Positions 11,430-22,176 are shown, counted from the first letter of the stretch. The stretch: DNA of 64,000 nucleotides from Terriglobia bacterium (GCA_965223005.1 CBDCVK010000010.1:224001-288000), one strand, 5' to 3'. Program-made: numbers and translations. Notes: generated by a model not told the origin, from the letters alone.

Positions 11430-14321
11430 CTAAAACGAAAACCTCATAGTGAACCTGAACGTGCGGCCGTCGTTAAGGGTGCGAGTGATCTGGCCAAAAT
11501 GATCAGTCGTGAGTTGGCGGCCCGGTGCGGCGAATTGCGGGTGGTTGAGGAAATTGATGGACTCGGCCCGGAACAGGAGCGATTTGTCCCCGCCCAAGGA
11601 CCATCGCCGCGAGAGTCCAGCGTTGACGTTCCAGATGCCGTCCTTGCGGAAAGTGTTACGGCCCAGATTGCCCCGAAGTTCGGTGGGTTCGATGAATGAG
11701 AAAGCCGACTGCGGCAGCATCTTTTGGGAGGTGTCCGGGTTGTTGATCGTGCGGCCAAGAATTGAGGGATCCAGCAGAATCGGATTGTCGCTGCCGGCAC
11801 CGTCTACATTCCCGAAGCCGGGTGCGTCGGAGCCCGTTCTCACTTGAAACGGAGTGCCAGACTTCAGCAGAATGATGGAACTAATCTGCCACTGGCCCAG
11901 GATTCTACCAATCCAGCCGCTTTGCATCGGGCGAGATGGAGTCTCATAGTTGACGCGCCACAACAACGCGTGGGGCTGATCGAAAGAGCTGAGGCCTTTC
12001 ATCTCCCCCTGGTAGTCAAATCCACTTGGGCTTCGCGATCGGAACGCATTCGAGCCTGTGCTGGTGTAACCAGCCCCCAGGTCGATCGCTTTGCTAAACC
12101 AATAGGAGGCGTCGATCGTCAAACCCCTCCAATGGGGTAAGGTGAACCTGACCTTCCCGGCGTCGAAATACCCACGGGACCCGTTCAGAATACGCCTTAC
12201 CTCGAAGAACCGCTGGTCGGGTCTCCGTTCGTTGATCGTGCTCGTTGTTTGCGGAATGCCATCCACCAGCCGGGCGCGGTTCAAAGACCACGTGGTCAGA
12301 AGCCGGTGGGAGCGGCTGCCCACGTATCCAAGGGACAACTTCCACTCCCTTGCGAAGCGCAACTCCCAACTGAAATTGTATTGGTGGGAATAGGGAGAGA
12401 CCAACTTTGGATCGAGTTGAAAGATCGAACTTCGCGCGGCGGGATCTAGATCGGATGGCTGCGAATCCTTCAAGGGGTTGATCAAGTCGGGAACGTCGAC
12501 TGAGACAAGCAGATTCGTGGGTGGGTTGAATCGCGCTTGCCCGAACGTAACCGGGAAAATCTCGCCGTACTGCACCCCATAGGCGGCCCGCAATACGCCC
12601 CAGCGATCGCTCAAACGGTAGGCAAAGCCGAAACGCGGAGCCCAGTTGTTGCAGTCGCAATCGTAGGGAATGTCACTCAGACCGTTCACCTCCGACGGCT
12701 TCGTCACCGGCTGATACCGCAGACCCAGATTGAGCGTCAGCTTCCTATTGACCCGCCAAGCCTCCCCCACAAAGTACTCCATGTCCCAGTTCCGGAACCC
12801 GCGATGAACGTTGCCCAGCGCGACGGTGTAACTGCTGGGTGTACCCATGCGAAGGTTTTCAATCTGGTCGCGACCAAAATCGTTTCCAAAGCTAAAAAGG
12901 CCGCGGTGTCTCCAGCTTTCTACACCGTTGATCTGCCGTCGTAGTAACTGAAAGCCAGCGTACCAGGTGTGTCGGCCACGATTCTGCTGTACCCGCCCGG
13001 CGTAGCGGAACGCGTTCTGGGCCCGATCGACCGGGACTCTCGACGTGGGCCCAAGGAATTGAAGCGCACCACCTGCCCAGATCGCGGGTCCGATCGAGGT
13101 CTCCTCAGGAACCAACAGCGATCCGATGCGGTCGAAGCCAATCGAGAAATCCGTGGTGGTGCTCGGCGTCCAAGTGCGATTCCAGGTGATGCGCGCCCGG
13201 TGGTTCTTGGTGGTCGTGTCGGGGTTCTGGCCGCCGACAAGCTGGAAGGCTTCTACGTCTTGAAAAATCAAGTTGTAACGCAGGGAGAGACGGTCCTTGT
13301 CGCCCCAGGCCTGGTCGAGTACTCCCCCCACTCGATCGTTGTCGATCGTCTGCGGGGCATTGGTGTTGAGGAGGCGTGGGTTCCTGTCAGTTCGATTGGG
13401 CAGTTCGTCGGGATAGGCTGCCAGGATCCTCTCGACCATGGCGCGGGTGGCGGGGTCATTGGAGAGCGGGGTCCGCTCGTCTGCTTTTGGCACAAGGACA
13501 TTCCCGTTGACCTGGCCGCGTAGCTTTCGCTGGCTGGCGTTGACCGTCAGGCTGGCCCCCTCCCAAAGCGGAATGCCGAGGGAGAATCCGTAATCGTTGC
13601 TGCGAGCCGGTTGCACGTCTCCGACTTGAAAGAACGACCGAGCGCTGAAAATGCTGTTGTTGTGGCCCCAATAAAAGTCACCGTGAACGCGCTGGACCCT
13701 CGAAGGCTGCAGATGCAGCGGCGCCTTCGGAGGCCCTCCGAATTCGCTTCCGAAGTAGTCATGATCGACCCGAAATTCATGGATGATGGTGGCCGTCGTT
13801 CCCATCCGCACATTCAGTTCCCTGAGCACGTTGTTGTCGATGAGAAAGATGGAAACATTTTCGTTTCTGCGGGCCTCGCCCGCCAACGTATCCACCTCCC
13901 CAAGGAGGTTAACGGTCGTTCGCTCGCCCGAGGTCTCGGGGGCACCCTCGTCGAGGTTTTCCGACGAGGGTGCTGGTTCGGGTGGCTGGGCATCGCCCGG
14001 GCTCGAGGCCGAGTTTACCTCCCGGGCTGCCTGCTTCGGGACAGGCGCTTCGGCCTTTCGTGCCTGAGTGGTTTGTGCGGGACAGGGCTGGGCGGCCCGC
14101 CCCAGGGACCAAGGGGAGAGTAGAAGCGCGCAGCACAGCACGACCAGCAAGTCCCGACCCAGCCAAGCGGAATCTCGCACGGCAAGATTCCGCCGGGGAT
14201 AATGGTCCGTAGGACTGGTCCGCCCCAGCTTGGTACTCTTTCCCTGACAGACGATTCCCATCTCGCGGGAGCCAAGCTTCAAGTTTGCAGCAGTGCCGGC
14301 CTTCCCCCGGGGGCAATTCAA
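11430..14321 (-). CDS. TonB-dependent receptor-like outer membrane protein (Oar/Acidobacteria type)
   Basis: LTLNLGLRY, NNWAPRFGFAY, LGYVGS, GNLGRNTF, FRAESINFLNHPQF, C-terminal RFSF; start uncertain. Confidence 0.8.
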   Translation of the reverse strand: MNCPRGKAGTAANLKLGSREMGIVCQGKSTKLGRTSPTDHYPRRNLAVRDSAWLGRDLLVVLCCALLLSPWSLGRAAQPCPAQTTQARKAEAPVPKQAAREVNSASSPGDAQPPEPAPSSENLDEGAPETSGERTTVNLLGEVDTLAGEARRNENVSIFLIDNNVLRELNVRMGTTATIIHEFRVDHDYFGSEFGGPPKAPLHLQPSRVQRVHGDFYWGHNNSIFSARSFFQVGDVQPARSNDYGFSLGIPLWEGASLTVNASQRKLRGQVNGNVLVPKADERTPLSNDPATRAMVERILAAYPDELPNRTDRNPRLLNTNAPQTIDNDRVGGVLDQAWGDKDRLSLRYNLIFQDVEAFQLVGGQNPDTTTKNHRARITWNRTWTPSTTTDFSIGFDRIGSLLVPEETSIGPAIWAGGALQFLGPTSRVPVDRAQNAFRYAGRVQQNRGRHTWYAGFQLLRRQINGVESWRHRGLFSFGNDFGRDQIENLRMGTPSSYTVALGNVHRGFRNWDMEYFVGEAWRVNRKLTLNLGLRYQPVTKPSEVNGLSDIPYDCDCNNWAPRFGFAYRLSDRWGVLRAAYGVQYGEIFPVTFGQARFNPPTNLLVSVDVPDLINPLKDSQPSDLDPAARSSIFQLDPKLVSPYSHQYNFSWELRFAREWKLSLGYVGSRSHRLLTTWSLNRARLVDGIPQTTSTINERRPDQRFFEVRRILNGSRGYFDAGKVRFTLPHWRGLTIDASYWFSKAIDLGAGYTSTGSNAFRSRSPSGFDYQGEMKGLSSFDQPHALLWRVNYETPSRPMQSGWIGRILGQWQISSIILLKSGTPFQVRTGSDAPGFGNVDGAGSDNPILLDPSILGRTINNPDTSQKMLPQSAFSFIEPTELRGNLGRNTFRKDGIWNVNAGLSRRWSLGGDKSLLFRAESINFLNHPQFAAPGRQLTTDHFGQITRTLNDGRTFRFTMRFSF

Positions 14322-14353
14322 CCAACCCTTGCGGGAGACAAGTGATTCTCCGC

Positions 14354-15151
14354 TTATCCAAACAACTCGCGGAAACGGGCCAGAGCCTGTTCATCATCAA
14401 CCAGAGGCATCGCTTCCAGCCCGACTACTCCTCGGTATCCAACCTCACGAAGAGCCTCTGCCACCTTGGGGTAATTAATTTCACCGGTGCCAGGCTCATG
14501 CCGACCCGGCACATCCGCGACATGGACATAACCGATATAAGGATGGTAGTCCCGGATAAGTTGAATCGTGTTCCCCTCCTCTATCTGCTGGTGGTAAATA
14601 TCGAAGAGGATCTTGACGCGGGGACTACCGACCTGTTCAATCAATCGCACTGCATCGCCGATCTTCGAAATCATATAGCCGGGGTGGTCGATTTTCGTGT
14701 TCAACGGCTCGAGGTTGTAAATGACATTGTGCTTTTCCGCCAGTTCGGCGATCCGGCACAGTGTCTTATAGGCGGTGATCCACCTCGTCGCCGGATGGTC
14801 GGCGATCGCATGGATGACTTCTCCGTTTGGGCCGAGTACTCCCAGCGACAGGACAAACTCGTTGCAGCGGAGCTTCTCCGCGGCAAGCAAGTCTTGGCGC
14901 AGGCTCGCGAGCAAAGGTTCCACCCCATCCGGGTGCACCATGCTCCCCTCAGTGGGTACTGCGATCGTGCTAATCTGGGTTTCCGCCTTTGCCAATGCGT
15001 CGATGTCAGGGCGCGCCAGCGTCCAGAACTCGGCTAGAAATCCTGCCTGATTCAATTTTTTCGCGCGCTCGGCGACGGGGAGACTGAGGTAAACCCATTC
15101 CGCACACACCGACAGCCGAAATGCGCCCTTCCGTCCTTCAGGAGTCAGCAT
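14354..15151 (-). CDS. Hydroxypyruvate isomerase-like TIM barrel protein
   Basis: LEPLNTKIDHPGY, LFDIYHQQI, HVADVPGRHEPGTGEINY. Confidence 0.85.
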   Translation of the reverse strand: MLTPEGRKGAFRLSVCAEWVYLSLPVAERAKKLNQAGFLAEFWTLARPDIDALAKAETQISTIAVPTEGSMVHPDGVEPLLASLRQDLLAAEKLRCNEFVLSLGVLGPNGEVIHAIADHPATRWITAYKTLCRIAELAEKHNVIYNLEPLNTKIDHPGYMISKIGDAVRLIEQVGSPRVKILFDIYHQQIEEGNTIQLIRDYHPYIGYVHVADVPGRHEPGTGEINYPKVAEALREVGYRGVVGLEAMPLVDDEQALARFRELFG

Positions 15152-15421
15152 GACGAAATCCTGCGATTACCGATTGCCTTCGCCCCTCCCGTTCTGCAGC
15201 TATCGAGGAGAACCCAACCGGAATTTCCGATTTTCATTTCTCCCTTCGCCGGAAAGCATACGCTAGCAGCACCGGCGTCTCAAGCTCATCTCGCCATGGC
15301 CTCTTCTGAGCGCCATCGGAAAAATCGGCCGTGGAGTCCAGATCCCATTCGCGCCCCCTGCCCATCCCTCGGACAGATGGTTAGCTCTTCGGGGTTCACT
15401 CTGTTATAAGTTTATCCTCCA

Positions 15422-16243
15422 ATGATGGCTATCCGTTGCCCGTCGTCGCAAGCGGTTCTAAGTCAGGGGGGCCCGCTCGCAGGTGTTTTGGTCATATTGT
15501 TCCTCGTTGCCCCTGGTGTATCGGCGGCTACTCTGCAGCGTAAGACCCTGGACAGCTGGCAGAAGTATGTGCGCCTGACGGAGGAGCGCGTCGAGCGGGA
15601 GCTTGCCCAAGAGACGTGGGAGGGCCTAGAGGAGGTGAGCGGCGACGAGATAAAGCTCGTCCGCATGCGCACGGTGGACAAGAAAGGCCGACCGGTCACC
15701 GCCGATGGCGGAATGATCCATCACTGGAGAGGCAGCGTCTTCATCCCCGGAGCTACCCTGGAGGAGGTGCTGAAATTTGTCCAGACGTATGACCAGCACT
15801 ACCGCTTCTTCCGTGAGGTGGAACAATCCCGGCTGATTTCGAGGGAAGGCGACACGTTCCAGATTTTTTACCGCCTCAAGAAAAAGAAGGTGGTCACGGC
15901 CGTGTACAACACCGAGCACACGGTTGTCTACCGGATCCTCGGACCAGGGCGCGCTTGCAGCCGCAGCGTGGCGACTCGTATCGCCGAACTGGAGGCGCCC
16001 GGAACCCCGGCCGAGAAAGAAAAGCCACCGGGAAAGGGCCGCGGCTTTCTCTGGCAGACGAACGGCTACTGGCGCCTCGCCGAACGTCAGGGGAGGGGTG
16101 TGGTGGTTGAGTGGGAGTCAATCAGCCTCAGTCGCAGCATTCCGCTGGGTCTGGGCTGGCTGGTGAAACCTCTTGTGGAATCAGTGCCCCGCCATTCGGC
16201 GGCCGACGTCCTCGGCGCGCTTCGCGACAAGCTCAAGAAATAA
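15422..16243 (+). CDS. Secreted conserved hypothetical protein (possible START/SRPBCC-like fold)
   Basis: Signal peptide, long ORF with IHHWRGSVFIPG and GFLWQTNGYWR motifs; fold is inference only. Confidence 0.6.
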   Translation: MMAIRCPSSQAVLSQGGPLAGVLVILFLVAPGVSAATLQRKTLDSWQKYVRLTEERVERELAQETWEGLEEVSGDEIKLVRMRTVDKKGRPVTADGGMIHHWRGSVFIPGATLEEVLKFVQTYDQHYRFFREVEQSRLISREGDTFQIFYRLKKKKVVTAVYNTEHTVVYRILGPGRACSRSVATRIAELEAPGTPAEKEKPPGKGRGFLWQTNGYWRLAERQGRGVVVEWESISLSRSIPLGLGWLVKPLVESVPRHSAADVLGALRDKLKK

Positions 16244-16323
16244 CGAGCTCTGCTCTCTATCCGCTGCGTGCCTGTGAGGATTCTCAAAAGGACCGGGCGG
16301 AACCCGGGAAGCGCGTGAGGGTC

Positions 16324-16899
16324 CTAGCTATCGGGGGAGATGACGACCAGAGTCTGGTCGTCCGACTGCGGCGCGCCCCCTGTGAATTCCCGAACCCTGG
16401 AAACGATGGAGACAATGGTGGCCTCAGGAGACCCATCGGGCGAGGCCCGGACACTGTCCACCAGGCCCTCGATGCCGAACATTTCGTCAGCGGCATTGGT
16501 CGCTTCCACCAGCCCGTCGGTATAGAGTAGCAGCACGTCGCCAGGCAACAGGTCGGTCTGGGCGCGGGTGTAGCTGACGTTGGGCAGCAGCCCCAGCACC
16601 GTGCCTCCCTCCTCCAGTTGTTCGCAGCTGCCGTCCTTATGGATCAGGACCGGCGGATTGTGCCCGGCGTTGATGAAGTGCAGCTTGCTGCTTTCGCTGT
16701 CCAACAAAGCCAGGAACAGGGTGACGAACATGCGGCCATCCGTGTAGTCGTGAATGACCTCGTTCATCCTGACCAGCAGGCGTTCGAAGGAGTGCACGCC
16801 CACCAGCATGGCTCGGAGCGTGGCCTGCAACGTTAGGTTCGCGGCCACTGAGAAGGCAGTATTGCCGCCCCCCAATATGGTGACAGCTTCATGTGCCAT
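16324..16899 (-). pseudogene. Chimeric ORF: Rossmann N-terminus (opine dehydrogenase-like) fused to an N-truncated PP2C/SpoIIE phosphatase
   Basis: VTILGGGNTAFSVAANLTL followed directly by LQATLRA...FVTLF...NAGH...LYTDGL...DDQT; the first PP2C motif (DVSGKG-like) is absent. Confidence 0.7.
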
Positions 16900-16975
16900 A
16901 GAATCTGCTCCTACCGACAAGTCATTGCGCCCAGTCGCGTGGCCAGGAATCGGACTTCAAGAAGCACGCGCTGGG

Positions 16976-19543
16976 TCAACCGGCCGTCTCCCGTCCTCGC
17001 TCTAGGTAAATCTCTCGGGCCTGCTGAAACTGCTCCAGAACATGCTGCTTTTCTTTTTCGGACCGCCAGCCCGGATGCTCGCTCGCCATCCGAACCAGCC
17101 GATCAATCCAGCGGACGAAGTAGTCGGCCGACTTCTTGCTGCGGATTGGTTGATCCCCGACGTAAACGTAGATCGGGTTGGTGGTAGCCATAGGACGGCT
17201 GTCCTCGACCGGGTGAGTGGGGCCCTGAGCCATGGCTTGCAGCGTGTACCAGCCGCTGCGCTTCACCTGGATCTGCTTCTGGAAGGCGGCGCGGCGGCGG
17301 TCGTCGGCGAGGGGGATTCGTTCGATGACCTTGCCGTTGTGAACCACCTCCAGCCGGTCGAGTGGAACAATGGAGTGCAACACGCCTCGGAGGCGGATGC
17401 TGCCTCCATCGTTCGGCAGGCGGATCTCATCTCCCGGCATCGCCCGGTCAGCCCAAAACTCCAGCAAGGGCCCATTGGTCACAAATCCGCGACCCTTCAA
17501 CAATGCGGCCATGAAGTTTTCCCAGCTTAGTTTTCCCGGTCCCAGGAAGAAATAGCCGCGCACGGCGCCCACCAGGGCGGTGTTGTGCAAGTTCGAGATG
17601 GAGTCTTCGCCGCCAGTGACCGGAACCCGAAACCCGTTGTTCAAGGTGTGATGCCACGGGACCAGCGCAGCTTCGCTGGCTGAAGACCACAGTTCGTGGT
17701 AGCTCACCGTTCCCAGGGCCACGTCCACCGGAAATGCCTTGGCGACGCCCAGGTTCGTCTCCAACGGGCTGCGCTCGCCGCCGAAGGGATGAACATAGGC
17801 GCCGATGACCCCCTGCTGCCGGGCATAGCGGAGGATGTCGGTGTTCGACGGATACAGGCTCTCGATCGCCGTGCCTTCGTAGCCGGTAGTAAAAGGTGAA
17901 ATCAGGTGTTCTTTTAAGTTGAGCAGTGAAATGTGGCCGTAGAACGGAGGGCGGTATTCCTGGCCGGTGTGCATGATCCGATCCTGGGTAGAGAGCGGGT
18001 GCAAAAGGCGCCCGGGAACGAAGTACTGATAATCCGGAATGCGGTTGTCCTTGTTGGCGATCTGGTGAGAGATCACGTCGGCGTCCTCGGCCGCGCTCAT
18101 CAGGAACAGGTTCTGCGGCGTGTTGTGGAAGTTGCCGCCGTAATTCATGTGGACGTGATTGCTGCCCGAGTACCAGCCTTTCGCCTTCAGGTTAGTCATC
18201 CTTCGCAGGGTAAGCCTCACCGATTGCACCTGACCCGCGCGGACCTGAAGCGTCTCCTTCGCCGGCCAATATTCAAAGCCTTTCACCGCCTCGATGGTGA
18301 GTGGCCCCTCGGGGACCTCGGCGCTGTAGCGTCCCGTGCTGTGGAACAGGTGCTGGTTGAGCCGGGAGAGGCGCTCGTAGGCATCACTCGGGGTGTAGGG
18401 CTTGCCGTCGCTGGCTTTCTGGTAGATGCGGGCCGGGGTTTCCTGCCCGGTTTCGGCGTCGATCACCCGCACGGTCACCGTGCCCATCGGCCGGCTCCAG
18501 CGTTTGGACCGGATGCGAACCAGTTGCTGCTGGCCTCCCCAACTCTTCAGAAGCTTCAGATGCGGAAGACCCTCCTCGTTCGAGATGTAGGCGACCCATT
18601 CTCCGTCCGGTGACCAGCGCGGGTGGAAGCTGTCGTATTCGCCGAAGGTCATCTTGTAGGGCTCGCCGCCTCCGACCGGAAGCACGAACAGGTTCGTGTA
18701 CTGGTGGCCGAGGTGCGAGCTGTAGATGATGCGCTTGCCGTCCGGCGACCAGTGGGGGCGCGTTCGATACAGCGTCTCTTCCTTGTGGATTCGTTTGGCC
18801 TTGCCCGAGTTCATCACGTCCGCTTCCACCGGAGCGCGCCACAGCGCGCCCGAGCCAAGAGGAATCTCGCGGTTGGAGACGAAGATCAATTCCTGACCAT
18901 CGGGCGACCAGGTAGGCGAGATGTGCAAGTCGTAGTCGCCGAAATAGAGGCGGTCCCGGCCGAACCGGTGATCCCGGGTAACGGCAACCACATTCCCCTT
19001 TTGCCCGTCGTTGACCTCCATCACGTAGATGTTGAAGTATCCGTTCGGCGCCGTTGAGACGTAGGCCAAGTGCTTGCTGTCCGGCGACCAGGCCGGGTCC
19101 AGGTTCAGGTGGTGGCCGCTGGTAAGCGCCGTTGGTTGGTTGGTTTCCAGATTCAGAAGCATCAGTTGGATGCTTTCCCCGTTGTCGCTGGTGTAGGCCA
19201 GCCACCGGCCGTCGGGGGACCATTCCGGCGACGAAAGGTGTTCGAGGGCGTAGACCCATTCGTAGGCGTCCCATTCGCCGACGCGCATCTTCCAGACCGA
19301 GCCGTGCATAGCAAAGGCCAGCCACTGGCCGTCGGGAGACCAGGAGGGCCACCACGGAGTGCTGCTGCCGGCAGGCGGCGGGTAGTAGTTATGCATGTAA
19401 TTGCCGCCGGTCTTGGCCATGGGATAGACCGGCCGGGGCTGCTGCGACGGTGGGCTCGGGTGAGCCATCCAGAAGGAAAGCAGCAGTGTCACAAACAGCC
19501 AAACTGCCACCAGGCGAATGTGGGAGCTATTTCTAGTTCTCAT
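16976..19543 (-). CDS. Secreted TolB/PD40 beta-propeller + CehA/McbA-like PHP metallohydrolase
   Basis: Signal peptide, multiple PxWSPDG repeats, GWYSGSNHVH, YVHPF, TGGEDS, GFVTNGP, TNPIYV. Confidence 0.8.
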   Translation of the reverse strand: MRTRNSSHIRLVAVWLFVTLLLSFWMAHPSPPSQQPRPVYPMAKTGGNYMHNYYPPPAGSSTPWWPSWSPDGQWLAFAMHGSVWKMRVGEWDAYEWVYALEHLSSPEWSPDGRWLAYTSDNGESIQLMLLNLETNQPTALTSGHHLNLDPAWSPDSKHLAYVSTAPNGYFNIYVMEVNDGQKGNVVAVTRDHRFGRDRLYFGDYDLHISPTWSPDGQELIFVSNREIPLGSGALWRAPVEADVMNSGKAKRIHKEETLYRTRPHWSPDGKRIIYSSHLGHQYTNLFVLPVGGGEPYKMTFGEYDSFHPRWSPDGEWVAYISNEEGLPHLKLLKSWGGQQQLVRIRSKRWSRPMGTVTVRVIDAETGQETPARIYQKASDGKPYTPSDAYERLSRLNQHLFHSTGRYSAEVPEGPLTIEAVKGFEYWPAKETLQVRAGQVQSVRLTLRRMTNLKAKGWYSGSNHVHMNYGGNFHNTPQNLFLMSAAEDADVISHQIANKDNRIPDYQYFVPGRLLHPLSTQDRIMHTGQEYRPPFYGHISLLNLKEHLISPFTTGYEGTAIESLYPSNTDILRYARQQGVIGAYVHPFGGERSPLETNLGVAKAFPVDVALGTVSYHELWSSASEAALVPWHHTLNNGFRVPVTGGEDSISNLHNTALVGAVRGYFFLGPGKLSWENFMAALLKGRGFVTNGPLLEFWADRAMPGDEIRLPNDGGSIRLRGVLHSIVPLDRLEVVHNGKVIERIPLADDRRRAAFQKQIQVKRSGWYTLQAMAQGPTHPVEDSRPMATTNPIYVYVGDQPIRSKKSADYFVRWIDRLVRMASEHPGWRSEKEKQHVLEQFQQAREIYLERGRETAG

Positions 19544-19655
19544 GTGGAGGAACCATACGAACTGGGTGGTAATCCGTCAATAAACTGCGGTTTCCGTTCA
19601 CGCGCGTGCACGACGGTTGCCAACGGAGACCGAAGGCTAAGAGGTCAGCAGACCG

Positions 19656-20354
19656 CTACGGTGCCCGAGATTCTTCGATCAGCTCCACTCCGGGGGGAAG
19701 ACGAAACCGGAACAGGGCGCTATCCAGGGGTGGGTTGGGAATTTCGCCGAAAAGCCGAAACTCGGTGATCGTACCGTCGGTTTCCAGGATCTTGATGCGG
19801 CGAAGGCGCTGGCGGCCGTCTACCTCCAGCAGCAATTCTCGAAAGCGCTCCCTGTTTTTTTTCGGCCGCAGCCGCAGCAGGGAGTTGCCCGGATCCAGTG
19901 GGGCCGTATCGCGCGCCAGCTCTACGCGAAATGTGCGCTTCAGGTTCATGCGCCCCAGCAGAAACCGAAGCGGTGTGCGCAGGTCGGCGCTGCGCTTGAT
20001 CGGGATCCGGATGACCTGGCTGTCCCGCGGGACATAGAAGAAAATCCTCTTTCCATCCGAGAGAAACAGCTTCACCTCCGGGCGCGTATATTCCCAGCGC
20101 ATCTTGCCGGGCTTTTTCAAGTAAAGGATCCCGGCCTCCTCGCGGGAGGGGGCCCGTTCGTCGGTCTTGTAAATCTGGACAAAGTTTGCCTTCAGAGTTC
20201 GCATGCGGTTGTAATGCTTCTCCAGCACGCGAACCAGCGAGTCCACGCTGACTGTGGAAGCGGTGTCCGCTGGTTGGCCGGCCGAGGAAGGGGAGGACAC
20301 GGCCAAGCAAAGCAGGAAACAGAAGGGAAATCGGCAGAGCGTAAAACGCCTCAT
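19656..20354 (-). CDS. lolA: Outer membrane lipoprotein carrier protein LolA
   Basis: TLKANFVQ, KKPGKMRWEY, SDGKRIFFY, FRFRLPPGVELI; signal peptide from ATG 20354. Confidence 0.85.
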   Translation of the reverse strand: MRRFTLCRFPFCFLLCLAVSSPSSAGQPADTASTVSVDSLVRVLEKHYNRMRTLKANFVQIYKTDERAPSREEAGILYLKKPGKMRWEYTRPEVKLFLSDGKRIFFYVPRDSQVIRIPIKRSADLRTPLRFLLGRMNLKRTFRVELARDTAPLDPGNSLLRLRPKKNRERFRELLLEVDGRQRLRRIKILETDGTITEFRLFGEIPNPPLDSALFRFRLPPGVELIEESRAP

Positions 20355-20540
20355 CGCTTCAGGATACCATGGGGACAACCGGCTGCCTTGTGGTCTGGTG
20401 GGAGGGTGTATTTGGATATGCCGCTTGTAGAACCAGAGGTCCCCGGGGACTTTACGACTCCGCAGCGCTACAATGCCAACGAAGAGAGAAACTAGCTCGG
20501 ACGGCGGAGCCTGCGGAACGCATCGCCTGAGGAACACAAC

Positions 20541-21560
20541 ATGATCGGCTTTCGCGCAACGGGACCTGGATTGCTTTTCGCCCTGCTCATGACATCAGTA
20601 CCCCAGGTCGCCAGCCCGACAAAGGGAAGTGGGGAAGAAAAGCTGCTGGGGGCGCCCTGCCGCGGTCGCTACCAGCTCAGTCCCCAGACGCGAACCGCAC
20701 AACGGGCGATCCACCGTAAACACGATGCGGCGATGAAGCAGCGGGACTATGAAACGGCAGTCGCCATGCGCAAGGAGCTCATTCGTTACCAGTGTCACAA
20801 CCACTTCCTGTGGTTCTATCTAGCTGAGCTGTACGTGGAGTTGGGCCAGAACGACGATGCGATCATGGTCCTGGACTACCTTTACGAGAAAAGGGACAAC
20901 GAGGTGGATCGGCGGCTTCGCATCGAAGGCAACGCGCTCCATCCGCTCGCGCAGTCCGAGGAATTTCAGCGCTCCGCGCTGGCCGGGAAACTCTCTCAGG
21001 CGCGGGCGCTGCTGGACGAACGGAAGCAGGAGTACCAAAAGAAACTTGAGATGCTGCCCCAAGAGAAAAAGCCGGCCCGCGACTACGTCGCCAAGGACGC
21101 CTGCCCGTTTGAATGCTGCACGTTTCGGAGCTGGGACGTTTACGCCGACACCATCCTCTATGACAAGCCGAGGGGTGAGAAGGTGGTTGCACATGTCGGG
21201 AAGGGAGAGAAGGTCGAAGGGGTGGCAGGGCAAGTCTATATCCGGCCCATTGCGGTCGCCGTGCGGCATCCGCCTCCCTACTCGAATGTGCCGGCGGGCT
21301 CCATTGTGTTTCTGCTAGACAGTCTGGGCGAGGGGATCAGGCGCGTGTGGTTTAAGGGCAAGGTGCTCGAACTGGACGTCGTTGGCAACATCCATGATCA
21401 CTGTCCGTTTCCGGACAAGCGCTGTTGGGGTGAGCACATCTATCCAATCACGGAGGACGAACGTTGGGGGACTTGGTGGGTGAAAGTGAAGACGCGAGAC
21501 GGAGCGGTGGGCTGGACCAAAGATCATAAGAACTTCGGGAACATGGACGCTTGCGCTTGA
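20541..21560 (+). CDS. Secreted hypothetical protein (TPR-like N-terminus, CPFECC motif, SH3-like C-terminus)
   Basis: Signal peptide, helical repeat segment, ACPFECC, WWVKVKTRDGAVGWT. Confidence 0.6.
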   Translation: MIGFRATGPGLLFALLMTSVPQVASPTKGSGEEKLLGAPCRGRYQLSPQTRTAQRAIHRKHDAAMKQRDYETAVAMRKELIRYQCHNHFLWFYLAELYVELGQNDDAIMVLDYLYEKRDNEVDRRLRIEGNALHPLAQSEEFQRSALAGKLSQARALLDERKQEYQKKLEMLPQEKKPARDYVAKDACPFECCTFRSWDVYADTILYDKPRGEKVVAHVGKGEKVEGVAGQVYIRPIAVAVRHPPPYSNVPAGSIVFLLDSLGEGIRRVWFKGKVLELDVVGNIHDHCPFPDKRCWGEHIYPITEDERWGTWWVKVKTRDGAVGWTKDHKNFGNMDACA

Positions 21561-21653
21561 ATAACCCATTTCCATGGTTCAACTTCTGACAAGCGGTGGC
21601 GCCGGCCAGCCCTAAAGCGGCTCAAGGGCGGACCCGGAGGTCCGCCCTCGCCC

Positions 21654-22103
21654 TCAAAAGTGCCAGCGCCGGCCAGACCGGTGGCCGCGGAATTCACGGA
21701 ACTGCTGGTGCAGCTCTTCCGCTTTGTCTTTTTGTTCCGGGGTCAGCGTGGTATAGAACCTCGCAAACGCCGTCGCGTAGATCTGGCCGACCTTCCCAAC
21801 CACGGCTCCTTGCTGGTCGGTCAGTTGCCCGAGCTCCTGTTCGGACTTTCCGGCCTTGATCGCCTCCACCAGTACTTCGTGCCCCTGTTTTAGCTGAGTC
21901 ACGAAGGGCTCGGCCGACTCGTGAGCGGATTTGAACATCGTCTCCGCCTCGGCCTTTTGCGACTCGGTCAGGTCCAGGTATCCGGCGATGAACGTGTGCA
22001 TCCCTGCCCGGTGGCGGAACCGCGGGCCGCTGGCCAGTAAAGTGGCAGCCACCACTACCAGCGTGGCCACACTGCCGATGAAAAGTTTCTTTCGAGTAGA
22101 CAT
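21654..22103 (-). CDS. Spy/CpxP family periplasmic chaperone
   Basis: Signal peptide, two LTxxQ motifs (LDLTESQK, LTPEQK); RBS AGGAGGT; divergent from a CpxR/CpxA-like pair. Confidence 0.85.
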   Translation of the reverse strand: MSTRKKLFIGSVATLVVVAATLLASGPRFRHRAGMHTFIAGYLDLTESQKAEAETMFKSAHESAEPFVTQLKQGHEVLVEAIKAGKSEQELGQLTDQQGAVVGKVGQIYATAFARFYTTLTPEQKDKAEELHQQFREFRGHRSGRRWHF

Positions 22104-22161
22104 TGGTTTCACCTCCTGACGATAAGCTACGACGGCACCGTAAAGTCCGTTTGTTTGGCGT

Positions 22162-22176
22162 GTAAACATTTGTAAA
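22162..22176. promoter_or_regulatory. CpxR-type box GTAAA-N5-GTAAA
   Basis: Exact GTAAACATTTGTAAA between the cpxP-like and cpxR-like genes. Confidence 0.75.
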
